From a virus (taxonomy: Duplodnaviria; Caudoviricetes), in IMG/VR virus record IMGVR_UViG_3300016265_000376, positions 1-34,443 of that record: a stretch of 34,443 nt of DNA; one strand, 5' to 3'. A program made the position numbers and the translations under genes. Below are positions 6,641-15,980 of the stretch, piece by piece. Position 1 is the stretch's first letter; every line of letters starts with the position of its first letter. Below the pieces are notes generated by a model. The model had not been told where the DNA came from and made no database searches. It was given only the letters and a program-made list of their open reading frames with translations.

Positions 6641-8491
6641 TTAAATATTTCTACTTAAACTGACTTGAAAGGTGTTTACACAACTGTATAATGATGCGGC
6701 TTGGGTATCATTGAGACCATCACCGATGGAAGCAAAGGCGTATTGAGTGTCGTTAAATTCTGTTGTAGTTCCGTTTAAATTCATAGCACCCAAAAACATA
6801 TTAGCAGTTACTCCTGTTACGGAATAAGCAGTATTTGAATTAGTGCTGCTCACAAACGAAGTACCTGCATTGTATCCTTTTATTAATGTTGTAGAAGTTC
6901 TATGTACTTGATAAAATCCAATTGTTTGTGAATTAGAAGTACTTAATCCGCCATCTGATACATTATATGAATACGCACCTGCCTCAAAAAGACCCGCACC
7001 ACTTCTCCCCTTAAAATAAATTAACGGCAAAAATGGAGACCCAAAAGAGCAACAACCTAAGTCAATTTTTGATTGACCATTTTGAACATTTGCAGTCCTA
7101 CGATATACAGACAAACCTGCACTTCCTTGAGTTAAATTCCCGTTTGGAACAAAACCAGTATTCATATACGCACTCGTTCCGTTACCCGTAGCCCCCGTTG
7201 AACTGAATGTCCACCCACTCGTGAAAGTTCCCGTAAACGATGATGATTTCAAATTCTGCGCACACGCTGCCGCTGAACTACCCACCATCGGATACACTGC
7301 CTTCATACTTGTCCAAATTCCCGCTGCCTTCATATCTATAACCAACTGATTAACGGCATTGGCTTCGGTGTTTGTCAAACTACCCCCTGCGGTGTAAACA
7401 CGATTGACAAACGCTTGTGCATCCGCATCGCTTACAATTTGCGCCCCTACTTGTCTATTTAATGTTTGGTTGAAAGTTTGTACTGCGGTGTATAAGTTTG
7501 ATGCTTGGGTGTCGGTTAAGCCATCACCGATGGAGGCGAATGCACATTGTCTATTTGAATAAGCAACGGCACTCCCCCTATTTGTTGCGGATAAATATAC
7601 ACTATTGGTAACTTGTCCGTATGTATTTAATGTGGTATTAGTTGCTAATAAAGCATTATTAAAATATAGTTTCTGCGAAGTGCTTGAAGTTCTTGAACCT
7701 ATTTGAAATCCTAATGTATTCGTATTGGTTATTTGTGCGGCATTTGTAGGATACACACCATCTAAAAATCCTTTGAATGATACATCTGAATAATATAAAT
7801 ACAAATCAAAACTTATATAACTACCACTAACAAAGATTTCAGCACCTAAATCGTGTGAAGGTGTTGAAGAGTTTTGAGTTCGTGAGTAAAATGATAAATG
7901 TTTACTTGTGCTACTTAAATTAGTTGATTCAACAAATTGCGTATCCATATACGCTGATGTGCCATTAGGCGTAGCACCCGTACTCGCAAAAGTCCAACCG
8001 CTTGTAAATGTACCCGTAAAACTTGCACTCTTTAAGTTCTGCGCACAAGCGGCAGCACTCGCCCCAACCATTGGGTAAACGGCTTTCATTGCAGTCCAAA
8101 CGCCATAGGATTTCATTTGACCAACAAGTGTATTGACTGCGTTCATCTCTGTAGTGGTAAGAGTGCCACCAGCAGTTGTTACCCTATTAAAGAATGCTTG
8201 TGCATCCACATCATACTCTGTGTTTGCACGAACTCTATAATAATAAGTAGTATTTGCAGATAAACCTATAACTACATAAGAAGTTGATGTTGTGTATTGA
8301 TCTTGGTAAACAAATGTACTAAAAGAACTACTTGTACTTACATCTAACAAGTAATAAATAGCTCCTGGATAAGGATTCCAGTTTGCTGTAAATGATGTCT
8401 CTCCTATCCCTGTAGCTTCGATAGCGACGGGAAGTGATACTGTGGTACCATTAATACCACGAAGAGTAGTATTTATTCCAATACCAATCAT
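6641..8491 (-). CDS. Virion fibre/adhesin-like protein: FN3-like domain plus two tandem ~260 aa lectin-like repeats
   Basis: FN3 signature TSFTANW...YLLDVS...YVVIGLSANTTYYYRVRA. Two repeats run from DAQAF.NRV to AFASIGDGL.DTQA..LY..V.TF...L.R. S/T/G/N-rich. Confidence 0.7.
   Translation of the reverse strand: MIGIGINTTLRGINGTTVSLPVAIEATGIGETSFTANWNPYPGAIYYLLDVSTSSSFSTFVYQDQYTTSTSYVVIGLSANTTYYYRVRANTEYDVDAQAFFNRVTTAGGTLTTTEMNAVNTLVGQMKSYGVWTAMKAVYPMVGASAAACAQNLKSASFTGTFTSGWTFASTGATPNGTSAYMDTQFVESTNLSSTSKHLSFYSRTQNSSTPSHDLGAEIFVSGSYISFDLYLYYSDVSFKGFLDGVYPTNAAQITNTNTLGFQIGSRTSSTSQKLYFNNALLATNTTLNTYGQVTNSVYLSATNRGSAVAYSNRQCAFASIGDGLTDTQASNLYTAVQTFNQTLNRQVGAQIVSDADAQAFVNRVYTAGGSLTNTEANAVNQLVIDMKAAGIWTSMKAVYPMVGSSAAACAQNLKSSSFTGTFTSGWTFSSTGATGNGTSAYMNTGFVPNGNLTQGSAGLSVYRRTANVQNGQSKIDLGCCSFGSPFLPLIYFKGRSGAGLFEAGAYSYNVSDGGLSTSNSQTIGFYQVHRTSTTLIKGYNAGTSFVSSTNSNTAYSVTGVTANMFLGAMNLNGTTTEFNDTQYAFASIGDGLNDTQAASLYSCVNTFQVSLSRNI
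6644..8215 (-). repeat. Tandem intragenic domain duplication (copy 1 ~7448-8215, copy 2 ~6644-7432)
   Basis: Near-identical protein blocks MKAVYPMVG.SAAACAQNLKS.SFTGTFTSGWTF.STGAT.NGTSAYM and AFASIGDGL occur in both copies; the middles are divergent. Confidence 0.9.
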
Positions 8492-8802
8492 TACTTATAG
8501 GCAATTATACTACCACTTGAGATAGCAAATCCTGTTATAAATCCTCCACCTGGTAGATATGCTCCTTGCTTGAAGGTAATAGCACTCATACCTCTTGCAG
8601 TAAGTTGTTCTACGCCATTTACTTTAAATGAAGTAAAGACTGTATCTTCTTGTGGTACAATAGCAGTGAATTGAACATCACTTACTGTACCTGTTCCATA
8701 ACGTACAAAGCCTCCAGCTCCTGCCATTAAGCCTGTACTTGCGGCAATCTGTCTTAATTTCTTAGATTGCTCATTCATTAATTGTTCTGCATTTACGCTC
8801 AT
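8491..8802 (-). CDS. Small beta-rich putative virion protein (103 aa)
   Basis: G-rich beta pattern ending SSGSIIAYK, TAATG-coupled to the 616 aa gene, first gene after a promoter. Confidence 0.7.
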   Translation of the reverse strand: MSVNAEQLMNEQSKKLRQIAASTGLMAGAGGFVRYGTGTVSDVQFTAIVPQEDTVFTSFKVNGVEQLTARGMSAITFKQGAYLPGGGFITGFAISSGSIIAYK

Positions 8803-8843
8803 AATAGTATATCGGTTTTATCCCAGTCTTGCGACTCGTATTA

Positions 8844-8875
8844 CAAAGTTAACTTTAATTATGATTTTGTCAAGT
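8844..8875 (-). promoter_or_regulatory. Bacteroidota-type promoter driving the fibre/lysis/two-component block
   Basis: Minus strand ACTTG, 19 nt, TAACTTTG. Shares TTACTTGACA with the promoter at 460-469. Confidence 0.72.
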
Positions 8876-8878
8876 AAT

Positions 8879-11800
8879 TTAATCAGGAGACTGATTCTCA
8901 AGTTCTTTATATGACTCATTAATTAATGCACTTCTTCGTTTTTGAAATTGCTTTTCTAATAACTTTTGCATTTCATAAGACTCATCTTTAGGAGCTTTAG
9001 GTAGAGTTACATCATAAAATTTCTGAAGGAGCTTTTCAAGTTGTTTCATGTCTTGCTGACCTTCATATGCACTTATCTTTCTCTCTACATTATATGCATT
9101 AATAATTGGATTTGTTTGCTCCATTAACATCTTGTCTACTTTTAACGCTCCCCACTCTGCAACTTGTTCTTTCAAGCTCTCTACGTCTGGTTTAGACATT
9201 TTATCCCAATCTCCATTTATGAAATTAAGTAAGTCGTCTACATCTCTTCTTAACATCTCTTCTTGTAAACCGTCCAACTTTTTCTCTACTTGTACATAAT
9301 CTCCCAAAGGATCTGGCATACCCATCATAGGATTAATCTTAAGTACATCTAGTAAACGTTTCTTAGGCTCATAAATAGGTTTCAATCCCATTTCTACTCC
9401 ATAAATTTTCATACCCATTGCAAGTAGTCTAGGTAATCCTTGGGTAGGCTTTGGTGTATTGATTAAACTAATCCCTCTATAATCTTTTCTCTGTTCGTAA
9501 TAAGGCTCTAAAGGATCTGTTAAGTTACGCCAATCAAATACAGCATCATAAATTTGGTCAAAACTTCTCATCTGAGGTCCCATCAAAGAATAAAGACCAT
9601 GTTTAACTCCACTAGTAATTGTACCTTGTTCTTCTCCTGGTTTAGCCAATGGCTTACGGAAGAAAGTCTTATATGTCCAATTGAGTGGTGCTAAAACAGG
9701 ATGCAGAGAAATATACTCATCATAAGTACCTAATGAAATAATAGCAAGAATAGACAGAAGTCTATCATCATCTCCACCACCTCCCATGCTTAAAGCAAGA
9801 GTTATCATACCTAAACTTAATGCATGTAATCCAATTACATTTAAGTTATCTCTCCAAATACGCTGATACTTTTCTTGCTCAAATGCAGTACTACCTAAAT
9901 TCATTCGTTCTCCATTTGCTAAGTATCTCATTTTACGAACTAAAGAACGACCTCCTGTTCTATAAAAACCTTCTTCAATATTACCAGTATAAAGAGAAAG
10001 ACGTTTACTACCATAATTACTTTGTAACTGAGGATAGAACCATCTTCTCATTGACATCAAAATACTAGCAAACATGCTTTGTTCGTAGTAAGAACGAGAG
10101 CGACTGAAATAGTTACCCTGAGTACTAGTATACAACTCATGAATTTGGTCTCTCAGATGCTGTTCTACTGCCTTTAACTTCTGCATCTTAGCTTGATTCA
10201 TCTTATCTATAGATGCAATCATTACATCTAATGACCTATCTCTAGTATTGATGAGTCCTTTTAATTCCTTCTCCTGTTTAGTAGTGAGATTCTTTATATC
10301 TGTTATTCCTCTCTGTGCTAAATATGTTTGAATTATTTTATTTCTCTCTTCTACTAAAGCCCTAACCTCATTTAGTTGTAGTCCATACACACCGTCTTTA
10401 GGAACTAAACTTCCATTCACTACTTCATAGGCATCATCTAGTTTAACTCTAGTCTCTTGTCCATTTATAATCATTGGTACACTTGTGCGAGCCATGAGCG
10501 CTTCATAGATAGGAATGGTGGAAGCCATTTCTGTATATCCAAATATCTGTGCGCTAAAGTTATCCGCATTTAGATATTTGTAGACATTACCTTGGTGTAC
10601 ATTACCTGCCATCTTTGTTGGATTTGCAGCAGGTACTGCCCTAAAGTGAACTAGTTTTAATGCATATTCACTGTACTGCCTCGAACCAATCTCCAACGAA
10701 ACTAAAGATTGTCTCTTAGTCAAACCTTTCCACCAAGCAGCAAGTAGTTCTTTTCTAGTTAAACCATATCTATTTTTACTTAAAACTATCTTGGCAAAGT
10801 TGTTAAATACGTTTTTAAACAAACGCAAGAAGTTGAATAACAATACACGTCCTTGGCTAAATCTAAATAACCTACGAGTTGCCCTCATTACTCCAGTAAT
10901 TATAGCACTATCTCCAAACAACTTTAATCTGTTAGAAGATTCAGCACCATAAAAGAAACGAGAGATTTCATTATCCATCATTTCTAAATCATTAGCTGGT
11001 ACGTTAGTTTCACTTGCAGCTTCTCTTGCTGCAAACACAGCAGGCATTGCTTTGCGGAGACCATTAAACTCTGATGCATAGGCACCAAATTCAGCCAAGG
11101 AGTTAGTAAGAACATGAGATACTTGCGTCACACTCAATGGTTCTTTGTATCTAGTTTTAATCAACTGTACTTTTCTACCTGAAGACTTAAGACGAGCGTT
11201 TTTGTCAAGGTCAATAAGACTAGATACCTCATCTTCGTACATATCTTCTCCAGGTAGACCTGCCTTAAACAACAACTTAAACCCATCACGGATATTTAAG
11301 AATCTATGTTTAGGTCTACTAAACATATCAGCAACTTTCTCACCAGGCTCTTTAGTTTTGTTGGGAACTGTATATCCTTCAAGTCTTTGAGATACAGGCA
11401 ACATACGTTGAATATCTTCATACAAAGTAACCATTTCATCTACCAACGCTTTATCATCGTCTCTTAGATTACTGTAGGCTTCGTTTGTGTATCTATTGTC
11501 TGCAGTCTCTCTTGGTCTTGCACTTCCCAAGAACTTGTAATCTTTATTCTTATACCGTTCTCTAACTCTTGGCACAGACCAATCAAAGTTAGGATTCTCT
11601 TGTTTTATGTAGTTTCTGTTTACAGGTATAGTACGATTCCAAATGTAAATAGGACGGTCATACACTTTAGTTATTGTAGCACCTGTTTTCTTATCAGTAT
11701 ACTTCTTGGTGATTTTAATGTGGTTTGCTTTATACCAATCAGTATTCTTTATTTCTTTCTGTACCACAGCTTCAAACAAACGATTTCTGAATGCTGCAAT

Positions 11801-14800
11801 TAAATCAATTCTATGTTGAGCATTTCCAAAATCAGACGGGTGATTAAGTATAGGTAAGTCATCGTCTAAAGTCAAAGCATCATCTTCTAAAGAGAATAAA
11901 CCATCATTCTCAATATACTCATCAGCCATTTTTTCTGCTTGACTCTCTAAGTTCTTGCTAAATTCTGGATCAGCAAGCAAGTCAGTTCTTACAGCATTTG
12001 CAACTTGATTATATACTCTATAGTAATAGTCACTTTGCTTTTTAAGTTGCATGTCATTAAGTTGCTTAAAGAGATTCTTTAGAGTTTCTTTGTCTTCATC
12101 AGATAATTCACGACTTTCTTCAGCGTCTTCCTTGAGTTTTTCTATTCTCTCTTCTATTTGTTTTATAGTAGAGATTAAACCTTTTTGAACTTGTGTTCCA
12201 ATAATTACTCCATCTTGGTCTCTGTATCCTTTGATTGAGTTAAAGAGTTCTTCATAAGCTTCTGAGAGTAGAGGGTCCTCACCATACTTTAAGAATACAT
12301 CTTTGATTTTTTCTGCAATGGATCTTTGAAGTTCAAAGAATTCAGGATCAATTTCTGTACGAGTGTTTGCATCTAGCCACTGCTTTAAATCTTCTTTAGC
12401 TTTATCCAAAGACTGTCTAACTGTAACTAACTCTGCTTCTTTCTTTGTAACATCTTCACCCAAAGCTTGTCCGTCTGCTATCTGAGTAACTAATAGAGTT
12501 TCTTTTTTCTCTAAGTTAGTAACAGCTTCTTTTCTAGAGTTCTTCTCAATATTAAAACGCTGAAGTACTTTTTCTGGAATAGTAAACTCTACTGCTTCTA
12601 AATCCCTACGTTTATTCTTATAAGCAATAATAGAATCCGCAATTTCTCTTTCTGGAGAACCTTTAGGTTTCTCAGTACCATCTTCATTAAATATTGAACC
12701 TAAACGTTCATACTCTCTCCTTAGTTCAGTACGATGTTTACGTTCTTCTTCAGTAGATTCAGAGTCTCCAAATACAGCCTGATGCTCTTCAATATCTTTT
12801 AAGATTCTTTCACGCTCAGCTCTTGCAGCAGGTATAAGTAACTCTTCAGCCTCATAGTACTCATCTGTGTAAGGACGCACTGCATAATTGTCTAAAAAGG
12901 TTTGAAGTTTTTGTTCAGCAACAATAATCTCTGCCTCTACTCCATTCTTTTTTGCAGCTTCTAGATTCCTTTCTAACTCTTGCAAGTCATTTCTAAATTC
13001 AGCTTCTTTGAACTTGGTATTATACGCTAACTGTTTTACTACTCTTCTTACTCCGTTGGCATCGTAGTATACCATCTCTACTTCACGAGTAAGGTTCTTA
13101 TAAAAATTACCTAAGTTAGTTGTCCATTTAATACCTTGTGCTTTATTTCTAGCCTCAATCTTTCTTTCTAACTCTGTTGCTCTATTAGTAATCTCGTTAC
13201 TTGAATTTTCAGCTTCAGTTAAGTGTACATCAATATACTGTTTGACTACTTGAACCAAAGGACTACCTGTCATATTAGCTACTCCCAAATAGACAGTGAA
13301 CATATTTGCTCCTTCGTAGTCTTTATTCATACCTGTCTGCAAAAGAGTTAGTATGTTTTGTTTAGTAGGAACCCAACTTAAGAATGTCTCCAGTTCTTTT
13401 ATGTCTTTAGCTAAGTCTTTGGCTTTTTTAACTTCTCCATTGGCTACCGCTTGATTATATAATACACGTTTAGCTGCCAACTCTTGATTTAACTGACTAT
13501 CTGGAGCTTTTAACTTCTCTGCAACTAATCTAAATGGTTCTGCTAACTGCGATGCGACTGGAGATAATATTGCACTTTTAGCATTTCTGTTAAGTGCACT
13601 TGACTTATCTGTAATGTTTTTTATTTTATCAAGTAACTCTTTACTTACTATATCAAAGTTTTCTACTTGTTTTCTTCTCTCTTCTAAGAACTCTGCTTTT
13701 TTAGTTGGTTCTGACTCTAAATCTGTTTTTGTCTCATAGATAGTTAACTGAGGTACTAAAAATTGATTATATGCTGCAATTTGGTCTGCAACAAAATCAG
13801 CAATATGCATTGCATGGTTAAATACCTTTACTGCATCTTCTGAACTATATTGAGCAAGATTTTCTTCATGAAGTCTAACATCATCAGAAATTCTATCAAG
13901 TAAGTCTTCAATTGATTTAAGATAGTCAATAGAACTATTAATCATGTTAGCCAAAGAAGTACTAGATATATTTCCAAACTTCTCTCGAATCCTTTCAATA
14001 GAAGCAAATCGAGGATCAATTTCTGACAAACTTTGACTTAACTGTTTCCAACTAGAACTATTTACGCTAGCATCAACATACTGTTGGAACCTAATTATAT
14101 CTACACTATGAGGATTTGCTTGGGCACTATTATAAGGTTGGTTAAATCTTAGTTCATGTTCTCCTGCCAACTCTGGCATGTCTTCAAGATTTTCCAAGTA
14201 ATCAAAGTAAGCATCAATAGTTCTACCTACTTCTTCAAATCGATTAGTGCCTAAACCTAGAATACGATTTAAAAATTGCTTAACTCCTGAAACAAATCTT
14301 GCTATGAATCCTTTGTCCTTTGCTGTTCTTTGTTGCTCTTGTAAGTCTTCTCTGAAGTATGGATTAGACAGATACTCAGATACGAACTCCTCAACATTCT
14401 TAAATCCGTAGTGATGTCTTAGTTTTGGAAACTTACTTAAGTATTCGCCTAAGTACTTTTCCATATCCTGTCTAAAAGTAATCTCTTGAGGGTTAGTAGG
14501 ATTAGTTAACGCAGAGATTGTGTAGGCATGCACAACTTCGTGAATCAGTTCCCGTGCAAACTCTTTAGTATTGAAGTTAGAACTAACTGTTTTTCCAATG
14601 TATACAGTGTTGGACTTTGGATCATAGAAAGACCTTTGATACTCATCAGCTACTGTAGCATCGTCAAATACAGTTACTTTTAAACTAGGGTTAATCTTAA
14701 GTAGACTACGCAGCCTTGTTAAGATTTCTTGTTGGAATGCAGGCAGTTCTTTATTTGCTATAAGGTTATCCAGCAACTCTACTAAAGTAGCATTTGAAAA

Positions 14801-15325
14801 ATCTGCTACGTTGTTTAGAATCATGTCTGGGAATTTAACCTTTGCTAAGTATTCTTTGCTTACAGGTTTAAATGCTTTATCTACTGCAGGTTTTACTGAC
14901 AGATAGTACTTATTATCTACACTCAGTAACTCGCTATCAATTAGATTGTACTTAGGGTTTAAATTAATCTCGTTGATGATGTTTGTGAAAGCATTTGGGT
15001 TAGCGTACCCTTTATTCAAGTAACCAAGACTTGCAACCTCTTCCATCTGCTCTGCTGCTCTAACTTCTGTCGGAGACATGTTTAGTTTCAGATGTGCATT
15101 AATCTGATCAATTGTAGGCTCTCCTAAAAAATTCAACTTAGGATTATACCCTTGCTGTTTTTTAGTCCAGTCAAAACCTAATTCAGTTTTAAATGTATTA
15201 GTAGTAGTAGCCTCATAGATACTCTTTGCTTGACTAGGCGGAAAGAATGAGGTTAACTGATAATATGCAGGACTTGTTACGGTATTACCTGTAAGTGGAG
15301 ATTTTATTTTAGCAAAACAAGACAT
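8879..15325 (-). CDS. Giant virion/ejection protein with N-terminal zincin metallopeptidase domain and C-terminal hydrophobic hairpin (2148 aa)
   Basis: ELIHEVVHAYT (HEXXH, 14528-14542) with downstream EEFVSE; long helical regions; hydrophobic LALSMGGGGDDDRLLSILAIISLG. Position beside the virion RNAP matches crAss-like phages. Confidence 0.75.
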   Translation of the reverse strand: MSCFAKIKSPLTGNTVTSPAYYQLTSFFPPSQAKSIYEATTTNTFKTELGFDWTKKQQGYNPKLNFLGEPTIDQINAHLKLNMSPTEVRAAEQMEEVASLGYLNKGYANPNAFTNIINEINLNPKYNLIDSELLSVDNKYYLSVKPAVDKAFKPVSKEYLAKVKFPDMILNNVADFSNATLVELLDNLIANKELPAFQQEILTRLRSLLKINPSLKVTVFDDATVADEYQRSFYDPKSNTVYIGKTVSSNFNTKEFARELIHEVVHAYTISALTNPTNPQEITFRQDMEKYLGEYLSKFPKLRHHYGFKNVEEFVSEYLSNPYFREDLQEQQRTAKDKGFIARFVSGVKQFLNRILGLGTNRFEEVGRTIDAYFDYLENLEDMPELAGEHELRFNQPYNSAQANPHSVDIIRFQQYVDASVNSSSWKQLSQSLSEIDPRFASIERIREKFGNISSTSLANMINSSIDYLKSIEDLLDRISDDVRLHEENLAQYSSEDAVKVFNHAMHIADFVADQIAAYNQFLVPQLTIYETKTDLESEPTKKAEFLEERRKQVENFDIVSKELLDKIKNITDKSSALNRNAKSAILSPVASQLAEPFRLVAEKLKAPDSQLNQELAAKRVLYNQAVANGEVKKAKDLAKDIKELETFLSWVPTKQNILTLLQTGMNKDYEGANMFTVYLGVANMTGSPLVQVVKQYIDVHLTEAENSSNEITNRATELERKIEARNKAQGIKWTTNLGNFYKNLTREVEMVYYDANGVRRVVKQLAYNTKFKEAEFRNDLQELERNLEAAKKNGVEAEIIVAEQKLQTFLDNYAVRPYTDEYYEAEELLIPAARAERERILKDIEEHQAVFGDSESTEEERKHRTELRREYERLGSIFNEDGTEKPKGSPEREIADSIIAYKNKRRDLEAVEFTIPEKVLQRFNIEKNSRKEAVTNLEKKETLLVTQIADGQALGEDVTKKEAELVTVRQSLDKAKEDLKQWLDANTRTEIDPEFFELQRSIAEKIKDVFLKYGEDPLLSEAYEELFNSIKGYRDQDGVIIGTQVQKGLISTIKQIEERIEKLKEDAEESRELSDEDKETLKNLFKQLNDMQLKKQSDYYYRVYNQVANAVRTDLLADPEFSKNLESQAEKMADEYIENDGLFSLEDDALTLDDDLPILNHPSDFGNAQHRIDLIAAFRNRLFEAVVQKEIKNTDWYKANHIKITKKYTDKKTGATITKVYDRPIYIWNRTIPVNRNYIKQENPNFDWSVPRVRERYKNKDYKFLGSARPRETADNRYTNEAYSNLRDDDKALVDEMVTLYEDIQRMLPVSQRLEGYTVPNKTKEPGEKVADMFSRPKHRFLNIRDGFKLLFKAGLPGEDMYEDEVSSLIDLDKNARLKSSGRKVQLIKTRYKEPLSVTQVSHVLTNSLAEFGAYASEFNGLRKAMPAVFAAREAASETNVPANDLEMMDNEISRFFYGAESSNRLKLFGDSAIITGVMRATRRLFRFSQGRVLLFNFLRLFKNVFNNFAKIVLSKNRYGLTRKELLAAWWKGLTKRQSLVSLEIGSRQYSEYALKLVHFRAVPAANPTKMAGNVHQGNVYKYLNADNFSAQIFGYTEMASTIPIYEALMARTSVPMIINGQETRVKLDDAYEVVNGSLVPKDGVYGLQLNEVRALVEERNKIIQTYLAQRGITDIKNLTTKQEKELKGLINTRDRSLDVMIASIDKMNQAKMQKLKAVEQHLRDQIHELYTSTQGNYFSRSRSYYEQSMFASILMSMRRWFYPQLQSNYGSKRLSLYTGNIEEGFYRTGGRSLVRKMRYLANGERMNLGSTAFEQEKYQRIWRDNLNVIGLHALSLGMITLALSMGGGGDDDRLLSILAIISLGTYDEYISLHPVLAPLNWTYKTFFRKPLAKPGEEQGTITSGVKHGLYSLMGPQMRSFDQIYDAVFDWRNLTDPLEPYYEQRKDYRGISLINTPKPTQGLPRLLAMGMKIYGVEMGLKPIYEPKKRLLDVLKINPMMGMPDPLGDYVQVEKKLDGLQEEMLRRDVDDLLNFINGDWDKMSKPDVESLKEQVAEWGALKVDKMLMEQTNPIINAYNVERKISAYEGQQDMKQLEKLLQKFYDVTLPKAPKDESYEMQKLLEKQFQKRRSALINESYKELENQSPD

Positions 15326-15341
15326 GGGTTTCTAAGTTATA

Positions 15342-15373
15342 CAAATTTAATGTAATTACAAACTAATGCAAGT
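15342..15373 (-). promoter_or_regulatory. Bacteroidota-type promoter upstream of the 2148 aa gene
   Basis: Minus strand ACTTG, 19 nt, TAAATTTG, within the 48 nt intergenic gap. Confidence 0.68.
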
Positions 15374-15970
15374 TTAGAAATCACATCTCTCTTCTTGGAA
15401 TCCTAAACTATCTAAGTCTCCTTTCTCATTCTCTTGGGTAGGATCTAGTCGCAGATTCAATGGAGGTGCTTCTTTGATAGGACTGTAAGCAGTTTTTACA
15501 TCGGGTACTGTAGCCTCTTGAAGAAATAACTCTTCTTCAAAGTCTCTAAGTTCTTGTTCTGCTAAAGCCACATCTCCTCTAAAGAAACCAGAAGGTCTGT
15601 AAACTTCTTGCTGTATCCTAGGGAAAGCTTCTTCTATCGTTTTCTCTTCATTCTTAACTTGATACCCTGCTAACAAACTAGGAGTAACTACTACTTGAAT
15701 TGCTGCTCCGTCATTATAAGTCACACCTCCAAGCACAGAACCAAACTTTTGTAAACCTAATTCTCTCATAGCTTTACTAGCGGCTCGGTCGACTAGAGTG
15801 CGTACTTTAAAACCTGCATTCTTATATTGCTTCTTACTATCTACAGGAAGAAAGATTTCTCCAATAGCACTAATCCTAAAACTTGGATCTACTGTTTTAG
15901 CGACATCAAGTGCCATACTTGTGATAGTACGTTTGATGTTGCTAGGACTTATGTTACATGATTTTGCCAT
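15374..15970 (-). CDS. Hypothetical 198 aa protein within the giant-protein cluster, Cys at both termini
   Basis: Fills the gap between the RNAP and the 2148 aa gene; MAKSCNI... and ...EERCDF*. Confidence 0.8.
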   Translation of the reverse strand: MAKSCNISPSNIKRTITSMALDVAKTVDPSFRISAIGEIFLPVDSKKQYKNAGFKVRTLVDRAASKAMRELGLQKFGSVLGGVTYNDGAAIQVVVTPSLLAGYQVKNEEKTIEEAFPRIQQEVYRPSGFFRGDVALAEQELRDFEEELFLQEATVPDVKTAYSPIKEAPPLNLRLDPTQENEKGDLDSLGFQEERCDF

Positions 15971-15980
15971 AGTGTGTTTA

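Noticed and set aside
6644-8215. Diversity-generating retroelement or invertible shufflon behind the fibre repeats
   Set aside because: No reverse transcriptase or recombinase in the window. Both copies are coding and in direct orientation, and differences are not adenine-specific.
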